A DNA stretch of 43,546 nt from assembly GCA_964611355.1 (NCBI GenBank), contig CAZSYD010000017.1, positions 1 through 43,546 on the forward strand. The letters run 5' to 3'. The notes below the pieces were generated by a model. It ran no database searches and was not told where the DNA came from. It worked only from the letters and a program-made list of their open reading frames with translations. Below are positions 36,862 through 43,546 of this stretch, one piece after another. Source of the DNA: an uncultured Ignavibacteriales bacterium. GTDB lineage: Bacteria; Zixibacteria; MSB-5A5; GN15; JAAZOE01. How positions within the stretch are numbered: position 1 is the first letter of the stretch; each line of letters starts with the position of its first letter. The position numbers were made by a program, and so were the translations under genes.

Positions 36862-38235
36862 ATGTTGACCACACATGAACCCGGGAAAGTATGGCAGGAT
36901 TGCTTGGAATATATCTCCCGCCGTATCAAAAAGCAATCTTACGCCACCTGGTTGAGGCATACCTATGGCGCCACCGACGGCAATGGTGGTATTCAAATTA
37001 CCGTTCCCAATCCCTTTGTAGCCGACTGGATTAAAGAACATTACACCAACATTATCGAAGACGCCATAATACAATCATGCGGAAAGCTGATTCCTTTCCG
37101 ATTTCATGTTGATGAACAGGATCGGCGGCAAACTGAGCTTGAGTTGGGAAAACTGCATTCTTTCGCGATTGAGCCGGTAAATCCACGGATAGCGGCCCGA
37201 CCACAACGGGGCATGCTTAATAATCGCTACACCTTCGAAAGTCTCGTGGTGGGCAATTTCAATCAGTTTCCGTATGCCGCCGCCATGGCGGTGGCCGAGG
37301 CTCCCGGCAAAACCAACTATAACCCCCTATACATATACGGGGGCGTAGGGCTGGGGAAAACTCACCTTCTTCAGGCCATTGGGAACCACATCGTACAGCA
37401 CGACCCCTCTAAGAAAGTAATCTACGCGACATCCGAAAAATTCACTTCCGATTTCATCAACTCCATATCAAGCAACACTATATCAGATTTCACGAACATG
37501 TACCGTAGCGTAGATGTACTGATGATCGATGACGCCCAGTTTTTTTCCGGCAAGGAATCGACACAGGAGCAATTCTTTCATACTTTTAATGCTCTCTACA
37601 ATATCGGGAAGCAGATTGTTCTTTCTTCCGACCGAGCGCCAAAGGACGTTAAGGGTATGGAGGAGCGCCTGCTTTCCCGTTTTTTCTGGGGCCTTGTAAC
37701 GGATATACAACCCCCCGATCTGGAAACCCGAATGGCTATCCTACAACGAAAGGTTGAAAATGAAGATATAGTTATTGGCGAAGATGTAATATCCTATATA
37801 GCCGACTCAGTCACCAGCAATATCCGCGAACTCGAGGGATCACTGATTCGCCTTCTGGCGTATGCTTCCCTGCGCGGTGAGGAGATCAACGTTAATATGG
37901 CTCGTAATATCCTCTCCGGCACATTTGGGGTTAGGAAACGGCATGTTTCAGTAGAAGTTATCAAAAAGCACGTCGCTGAGGATTTCTCTATCACTGTGGA
38001 TATGCTGTCGGCCAAGAAAAAAACCCAGAATATCGCCTTAGCCCGCCAGGCAGCCATGTATCTAACCCGCTCAATTACGAAAAGCTCACTTAAGACTATT
38101 GGAGATAATTTTGGCGGTCGGGATCATTCAACGGTTATCCATGCTTGCAAGCTGATTGAGGGGATGATAGAAAAAGATGCTGATTTCCACCAAAGACTCC
38201 AAGCGATATCTCAAAAGATCTCCAGTTCTTGTTGA
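36862..38235 (+). CDS. dnaA: Chromosomal replication initiator
   Basis: YNPLYIYGGVGLGKTHL, QEQFFHTFN, RL.SRF.WGL, NIRELEG, GGRDHSTV. Confidence 0.98.
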   Translation: MLTTHEPGKVWQDCLEYISRRIKKQSYATWLRHTYGATDGNGGIQITVPNPFVADWIKEHYTNIIEDAIIQSCGKLIPFRFHVDEQDRRQTELELGKLHSFAIEPVNPRIAARPQRGMLNNRYTFESLVVGNFNQFPYAAAMAVAEAPGKTNYNPLYIYGGVGLGKTHLLQAIGNHIVQHDPSKKVIYATSEKFTSDFINSISSNTISDFTNMYRSVDVLMIDDAQFFSGKESTQEQFFHTFNALYNIGKQIVLSSDRAPKDVKGMEERLLSRFFWGLVTDIQPPDLETRMAILQRKVENEDIVIGEDVISYIADSVTSNIRELEGSLIRLLAYASLRGEEINVNMARNILSGTFGVRKRHVSVEVIKKHVAEDFSITVDMLSAKKKTQNIALARQAAMYLTRSITKSSLKTIGDNFGGRDHSTVIHACKLIEGMIEKDADFHQRLQAISQKISSSC

Positions 38236-38460
38236 TAGGGTTTTGATAAGCGGTATAAAAAGATATTGGCAAAGATGAAGAACGCTCATTATGTGTATTC
38301 CGACTCCAGGGAAAACAGATATTGACAACGATTTTAACAATAAGGTATCTTTTTTGTTTGAAGCAATATCACACAGGATATAAGGTTGACCGATGAGAGA
38401 AGCGGTAGCCAACATATCAACAGGTCTTATTACTAATATACTTTTTATTTAAAAAAGAGG
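38230..38460 (+). other. oriC part 2: degenerate DnaA boxes, DnaA-trios and AT-rich unwinding element
   Basis: Overlapping TAGCCAACA/ATATCAACA (38406-38422), GGTC, TTA-TTA-CTA-ATA, then TACTTTTTATTTAAAAAA. Confidence 0.7.
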
Positions 38461-38506
38461 TAATAAGAAAACATAATGCGAAAAACCTGCCTTACAGGAG
38501 TATTCA

Positions 38507-39619
38507 ATGAAGTTCTCACTCCCCAAATCCAGATTAACACACTATCTTCAGGCTATCCTGACGGTAATACCAAGTAAGTCTACTCTTCCCATTTTATCAA
38601 ATATTCTAATAGAGTGTCTTGACAAGAAAATAAAGATATCGGCCACTGATCTGGATGTTACGGTGACCGCTACTTGTGAAGCTGAAGTTACCAGGAAGGG
38701 ATCAGCTGTGATCCCTGGGCGGATACTCTTCGATATCATAAAAGAACTGCCGGAAACCGACATCGCTTTCGAAGGAACAGCAAATCGGATTGAGTTGAAA
38801 ACGACTAACGGAATCTACAAGATCGGCGGTGTATCCGCCGAGGAGTTCCCCGAATTGCCGGTTATAAACATTAAAAAGCAGTTGGCGGTGAAAACCGAAT
38901 CGATAGTGGAAATGATAAGGCGATCGACCTTTGCCTGCTCGCACGATGAAACCAGACCGGCTTTGAATGGGGTCCTCTGGCAGACGAGAGGTGAACGAAT
39001 GGTGATGGTGGCCACCGATGGTCACCGATTGTCGCGAGCAGCGGTGGATAACAATAAGCTTAAGGGCCTTAATGAGGATATAATAATACCGCCGAAGGTG
39101 CTGGATATAGTATCAAAGTTCATCGGTGACAATACCGATACTATCGGGGTTATTTTTGAGGAAAATCGGATTATCTTCAACCTTGAAGATCTGGTTATCA
39201 GCGGACGCCTTATTGAAGGTCCATATCCAAACTATGAAACGGTTATACCTGCCAGTTCTGATAAGAAGATGATTATCTCACGTGATGATCTATCCTCATC
39301 GGTTCGACGAGTGTCAATTCTTTCAAATTCCCTAACTCATCAGGTTAAGTTTACTATCAAGAATAATAACCTTGTGCTGTCTACAACAAATGCCGACGTC
39401 GGTGGCGAGGCAAGGGAAACGCTTCCGTGCGAGTACAATGGTGAGGCAATTGAGATAGGATACAACGCCGGCTATGTCCACGATATTCTAAGCAAGATGG
39501 AAAGCGATGAAGTCGTCTTCGAGCTTTCCAGTCCGGTTGCGGCCGGTATTGTCTATTCATCGGATACACCAAAGGACGATTTTCTTTGCCTTGTCATGCC
39601 GCTTCGCCTGACGGAATAG
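38507..39619 (+). CDS. dnaN: DNA polymerase III beta clamp
   Basis: LPILSNIL, ATDLD, ETRPALNGV, VATDGHRL, LIEG.YPNY, LVMPLRL. Confidence 0.97.
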   Translation: MKFSLPKSRLTHYLQAILTVIPSKSTLPILSNILIECLDKKIKISATDLDVTVTATCEAEVTRKGSAVIPGRILFDIIKELPETDIAFEGTANRIELKTTNGIYKIGGVSAEEFPELPVINIKKQLAVKTESIVEMIRRSTFACSHDETRPALNGVLWQTRGERMVMVATDGHRLSRAAVDNNKLKGLNEDIIIPPKVLDIVSKFIGDNTDTIGVIFEENRIIFNLEDLVISGRLIEGPYPNYETVIPASSDKKMIISRDDLSSSVRRVSILSNSLTHQVKFTIKNNNLVLSTTNADVGGEARETLPCEYNGEAIEIGYNAGYVHDILSKMESDEVVFELSSPVAAGIVYSSDTPKDDFLCLVMPLRLTE

Positions 39620-39769
39620 ATCAGCGCCAAAAAGGAAGTCATAGTAACAAGTGTCTGGAATCTGCAAGGGTTTTCTTATTACAACGAGAATGTATGGATT
39701 GTATCGAGCCAACTGCCATTTCGTACATGGTGCGGTAGGATAACCAAATAATCAACCCCGGAGGAAACA

Positions 39770-40117
39770 ATGTTCGCTAAAAATATACGCGAGATAGAAA
39801 AAAAACAGGTTACCGATAACGGAATAAAAAGCGTCTTCAAGCAGGTTCCGATCGGTCCGGAACAGGGATGGAAAGACTATATCCTTCGCGTCTTTACGGT
39901 TCAACCTGGAGGTCATACGCCCAAACACCGTCACGGATGGGAACATATCAATTACGTCATCTGCGGCAAAGGGACGCTTGAGGTGGAAGGGGAAAAACAG
40001 GAGATTGAAACCGGGCATTTTGCCGTCGTGCCGCCCGGCGTTGAGCACCAGTATTGCAACTCAGGCAACGAGGATTTTGTTGTGATATGTATTGTTCCGT
40101 CGCGCGGCGACTGTTGA
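39770..40117 (+). CDS. Cupin-domain protein
   Basis: PGGHTP.H.H.WEH..YV..G.G, VPPG.EHQY.N; GGAGG SD. Confidence 0.9.
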   Translation: MFAKNIREIEKKQVTDNGIKSVFKQVPIGPEQGWKDYILRVFTVQPGGHTPKHRHGWEHINYVICGKGTLEVEGEKQEIETGHFAVVPPGVEHQYCNSGNEDFVVICIVPSRGDC

Positions 40118-40140
40118 GGTGTAAGTTGTAAGGAGGAATT

Positions 40141-40566
40141 ATGTTTCTTGTTTTGCTGGCGGCGACCCTTGTGACCGCAATAATTGTATCTACGATCGTT
40201 ATTATCTTATTCCGCAAACCCACGCTGTCCATTTTTATACGGATCATCGGGGAAGATATCGCCGCGGCATGGCATAAGTTTTTGATTTTTGCCCTTTTTG
40301 TAGTTGGCGTTTCATCGGGCGTGCAACTCTGGAAGTTGGAAAGATTTATTATGGCCACCGGGCCGGACGAGAAAATACCAATCCTTGATACCGACCGTTG
40401 GACCTTTGAGATATTCAGGACAATTATATCCACTCTTGGCGGTCTGGCCTGGGCGCTTTTGTTATTCTTCATAGTTGCCCTGATCGCTTTTGCTATTGTT
40501 AAACGACGTCAGCCGAAAGTTGCCGAGGTTTCCAAGCCGGTCGCCAGCGAAACCGCCGAGAATTAG
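40141..40566 (+). CDS. Hypothetical 3-TM membrane protein
   Basis: Three hydrophobic segments; AAGGAGG SD. Confidence 0.75.
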   Translation: MFLVLLAATLVTAIIVSTIVIILFRKPTLSIFIRIIGEDIAAAWHKFLIFALFVVGVSSGVQLWKLERFIMATGPDEKIPILDTDRWTFEIFRTIISTLGGLAWALLLFFIVALIAFAIVKRRQPKVAEVSKPVASETAEN

Positions 40567-40837
40567 CCGCCGAATTTTTATCATTAGAAAAGGAAAGTTC
40601 CACCTCAGGGGGGTCAGGTTGCTGATATGAGCATTAGTGAGATTACGGCGTCGGGCTTTGCTTCGGTTGTTTGGTTTCACCCGGCAATCGACAGGACCTT
40701 TGGCGATGATGTTTTATGATTTTACTTTTAATATAAGCAGAAGTTTAAAGGGATATGTAATCGCCTTTCGGGGCTACAATTCATAATATATCACATAGGG
40801 CTCAAAAATTCCCATAACAGGCCGATAATATGAGGGT

Positions 40838-41578
40838 ATGGATCAGCAAATACCCGTACAGCCTGGATTCGATGTCGACAATTATATTGCGCGGCAGGAT
40901 GTCGCGCCACCTAGACCGGGCAAGAAAAAGAAAAAAGGCAAATCGGTCTTCCAAGAATATGCCGAGACGATAATTATCGCCTTGTTGGTGGCGGTCGTTC
41001 TGAGGGTTTTTGTCGTTTCCGCCTATCGCGTTTCGTCCGGCTCGATGGAAGATGCCCTGCTTGAAGGCGATTATATCTTCGTCAATAAACTTGCCTACGA
41101 ATTTACGCCGCCTAAGCTGGGTGATATTATAGTTTTCGAAAATCCGTATGATCCGGGGCGGGATTATATCAAGCGCATTGTTGCTGTCGATGGTCAGACG
41201 GTTGAGCTTTGGGACAAGGTGCTGTACGTTGATGGGCATGTGGCGTCAATTCCAGAACATTCAAAGAATATCGACGAGAATATCCTGCAGGGGACCCTAT
41301 CGCCGCGGGATAATTTCGGGCCGTTAGTCGTACCGGCGGGACAGTGTTTTGTCCTGGGAGACAACCGCGACGATAGCCGCGACAGCCGGTTCTGGGGCTG
41401 TGTTGATAAAAACAATATCAAGGGCAGGGCGATTTTTATATATTTCTCTTATGAACCCGACGCCGAATCGCCCGAATGGAAAGCGCCATATATTTTTGAA
41501 TTCTTCCAGATTCTCTGGTATAATCTCACAACTTTCCCAAATCGGCTCAGAATCGAGCGGATCCTCGGAACCCTCTGA
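40838..41578 (+). CDS. lepB: Signal peptidase I
   Basis: TM, SGSM (catalytic Ser), GDYIFVNK, YIKR (catalytic Lys), FVLGDNRD.S.DSRFWG. Confidence 0.95.
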   Translation: MDQQIPVQPGFDVDNYIARQDVAPPRPGKKKKKGKSVFQEYAETIIIALLVAVVLRVFVVSAYRVSSGSMEDALLEGDYIFVNKLAYEFTPPKLGDIIVFENPYDPGRDYIKRIVAVDGQTVELWDKVLYVDGHVASIPEHSKNIDENILQGTLSPRDNFGPLVVPAGQCFVLGDNRDDSRDSRFWGCVDKNNIKGRAIFIYFSYEPDAESPEWKAPYIFEFFQILWYNLTTFPNRLRIERILGTL

Positions 41579-42743
41579 GAATATCTTCCAAGCCTGCTAC
41601 GGGCCGCTGGCGGTATATCTTCATTTTCCTTTTTATGCCGGGTTGCGCCGTTACCGTGATTTCCGCAATGAAAAGTATGACAGGAAGACGGTGGAACGGT
41701 TCGCCCGGGCGGTGGAATACGAAACCGAACTAATATTATCCTCTTTCGGTCGTGAGCCGCTCGATATCGCTTCGATATATATCGGGGGCGGGGCGCCATC
41801 GTCGGCAGATATCGATATGCTGGAAAGGTGGCTGGACAGCGTCCACGGTTACGGTCGGTTTCTGCCCGGATATGAGTTTACTATTGAGGCCGATCCGGAA
41901 AGGTTGACCGATGAATTCGCCCGGCGGACGTTTAAACTTGGTATAAACCGGATCGTCATCGGTGTCCAGTCGTTTCATATGTCCTTCATTCGCAGACTCG
42001 CCCGTCGGCAGCAAACCAAAGATATCTATCGAGCTTTTTACAATGCCCGCATGGCCGGGTATGAAAACATCGCCGCCGATTTGCTTTACGCCCTACCGAA
42101 CCAGAAAATTAAACATGTCAAAACCGATATCGAACGGCTGACGGCCCTGGAACCGACCCACATTTGGTTTTATCGGCGGATGATTGAAGATAGTATGCCG
42201 CTGAAGGATGATACCAGGACCGGCGAAATCACCCTCCCCGGCAGGGACGATGCCGCCGCCATGTACCGAATCGGTTCGCATATGCTGATTGATCGGGGAT
42301 ATAAGCGTTACGAAGTTTCCAATTTTGCCCGTGACGGTTGGCGCAGCCGCCACAACTATGCCTGCTGGCGGCGCACGCCGTACATTGGGCTTGGCCCGAC
42401 AGCGCACGGTTTTGTCAACAATTTCCGATATGGCAATATATCCGATATCGAAAACTATATCGAAGCGGTTGAAACGGGAATTATGCCGTTCGCGTTTGTC
42501 GACGAATTGACCGAAGAACAGCGGCTGATCGAAACCGTTGTGCTTTCGCTTCGCACAGCCGATGGTATAGATAAAGAGCAGCTTATGCTCCGCTTCGGAG
42601 AGAAGGCGTTGTGGCTTCTTGAAGGGAAAGTGGCGGAGCGACTGATTGATTCCGGGCATCTCCTCAACGAGTCAGGCTTTTTGCGCCTGACCGATGCCGG
42701 ATTTTTGATAGCCGACGAGATTATCGCCAATCTGGTGGGATAG
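41451..42743 (+). CDS. hemW: HemW/HemN-like protein lacking the radical-SAM cysteines (start uncertain)
   Basis: YLHFPF, IYIGGG.PS, EFTIEA.P, GVQSF, YEVSNFA..G..SRHN..W...YIGLG..AH, C-terminal LRLT..G; CxxxCxxC reads YxxxRxxR. Confidence 0.75.
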   Translation: MNPTPNRPNGKRHIFLNSSRFSGIISQLSQIGSESSGSSEPSENIFQACYGPLAVYLHFPFYAGLRRYRDFRNEKYDRKTVERFARAVEYETELILSSFGREPLDIASIYIGGGAPSSADIDMLERWLDSVHGYGRFLPGYEFTIEADPERLTDEFARRTFKLGINRIVIGVQSFHMSFIRRLARRQQTKDIYRAFYNARMAGYENIAADLLYALPNQKIKHVKTDIERLTALEPTHIWFYRRMIEDSMPLKDDTRTGEITLPGRDDAAAMYRIGSHMLIDRGYKRYEVSNFARDGWRSRHNYACWRRTPYIGLGPTAHGFVNNFRYGNISDIENYIEAVETGIMPFAFVDELTEEQRLIETVVLSLRTADGIDKEQLMLRFGEKALWLLEGKVAERLIDSGHLLNESGFLRLTDAGFLIADEIIANLVG

Positions 42744-42775
42744 AAAGAATTGCGCATTTTTATATAAAGCTAAAT

Positions 42776-43414
42776 TTACTTCCCAGGTAAAATAGCGGAA
42801 AGAAACGCCCGGCTTACGCCTTTGGCGGCGGCCCCTGATGCTTCCTCGGTGACATCTTCACCTTTAGCCAAACGCCGGTATAAAGCGACGGCGTTTTGCA
42901 GATGCTGAATCTCTTCATCCGTTTCGGATTGCTCTGATAGTCTGATGGTCAACCGATCCAGCAGGTCCGTCTTTCCCGAAGCGGCCCAATGCGTCACCGC
43001 GATGAAAAATTCATTTACGAGTACCCATCCGATTGGCGCTTTATCATCCAACTTGTATGCGGCATATTCTTTTGATGCCCGGGCGAATAATATCATTGCT
43101 TCGTTCCATTCGCCGGCGCGTCGGCGGAGAAGACCAAGATTAAAAAGCGCAAGGCCGTTAAACCATTCTTCATCAATTTTGGATTCTTTCGACAGCAGGG
43201 CGCGGGCATCTTTTTCAACAGTCTCATCATCCCCGGAGTAGTTGGCCGCCCAGCATCTCAGACCCAGCGCGCCATAACGCCAGTATGAATCAGGCGGCGA
43301 TAGTTCAATACATTTTGTCGCCAGATCAACCGCTTCTTGATAATCGCCCTTATCAAAAGCGGCGTACCCTTTCATATAGATATCTTTTGCGTCGGATTTC
43401 GTCATTTTTATCAC
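42776..43414 (-). CDS. TPR-like helical-repeat hypothetical protein
   Basis: GY.AF.KGDY.EA...KCIEL.P and ALFNLGLL....GE..EA...F.RA patterns. Confidence 0.65.
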   Translation of the reverse strand: MIKMTKSDAKDIYMKGYAAFDKGDYQEAVDLATKCIELSPPDSYWRYGALGLRCWAANYSGDDETVEKDARALLSKESKIDEEWFNGLALFNLGLLRRRAGEWNEAMILFARASKEYAAYKLDDKAPIGWVLVNEFFIAVTHWAASGKTDLLDRLTIRLSEQSETDEEIQHLQNAVALYRRLAKGEDVTEEASGAAAKGVSRAFLSAILPGK

Positions 43415-43427
43415 GTTAGTTTTCGCA

Positions 43428-43444
43428 GGCGCGGAAACCGCGCC
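43428..43444. repeat. Short palindrome GGCGCGG-AAA-CCGCGCC, copy 2
   Basis: First 16 nt identical to 414-429. Confidence 0.5.
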
Positions 43445-43546
43445 GCTATATTACTATCCTTGTTATTCATAATCATTAAGATTTTTTACTTTAATTTTAT
43501 ATTCTTGTGCCACCGCTGCCAAATCGTTATCGGCTGTAATTAGATA

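Noticed and set aside
39274..39289. parS-like site in dnaN (TCACGTGA core)
   Set aside because: Only the 8-bp core matches; the flanks do not fit TGTTTCACGTGAAACA.
40112..40125. Cys-TGA-Gly at the cupin C-terminus as selenocysteine
   Set aside because: The domain is already complete, no SECIS-like hairpin is evident, and the next gene's SD follows immediately.
40567..40837. 270-bp spacer before lepB as a lepA remnant or riboswitch
   Set aside because: No GTPase-like residues or recognisable aptamer; only a weak hairpin near 40756-40778.
41570..41580. prfB-like +1 frameshift fusing LepB to HemW at CTC-TGA
   Set aside because: CUC-to-UCU re-pairing is poor, there is no properly placed internal SD, and the fusion would put HemW in the periplasm.
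41634..41657. RNA editing restoring the hemW cysteines (two C-to-U, one A-to-I)
   Set aside because: Needs two editing chemistries, and other changes (GCG for ACG, GAT for AAT, TGC for TAC) are not correctable this way; transition-biased divergence is simpler.

Overview
Bacterial chromosomal segment (~50% GC) spanning the probable replication origin (dnaA-dnaN). It comes from a diderm with LPS and lipoprotein export genes (lptC, lolE/lolD). The gene set, including a secreted protein with a 'NYPNPFN...FlgD-Ig...KKMMLLK' C-terminus and mcsA-mcsB-clpC after lysS-lolE-lolD, suggests a Zixibacteria/KSB1/Calditrichota-like lineage; this is inference only. Most of the window is housekeeping (recF, rsmD, coaD, lysS, lolE/D, mcsAB-clpC, rpmA, rplI, rpsR, rpsF, pth, dnaA, dnaN, lepB), often separated from the usual operon partners. 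The accessory centre (21.7-32.0 kb) holds a DUF116 protein, an HExxH gluzincin-like peptidase, four tandem serpins (three lipoproteins, one secreted) with conserved inhibitory hinges but different reactive loops (predicted P1 Thr, Asp, Arg, Lys/Ala), and a secreted FlgD-tail protein. The serpin operon is preceded by what looks like a complete sigma54 promoter (UAS, IHF site, -24/-12). Other highlights: a full-length HemW-like protein with all three radical-SAM cysteines replaced, a B. subtilis-like DnaA-box/DnaA-trio unwinding element, and several apparently leaderless genes. No rRNA, tRNA, CRISPR array or mobile element was recognised.
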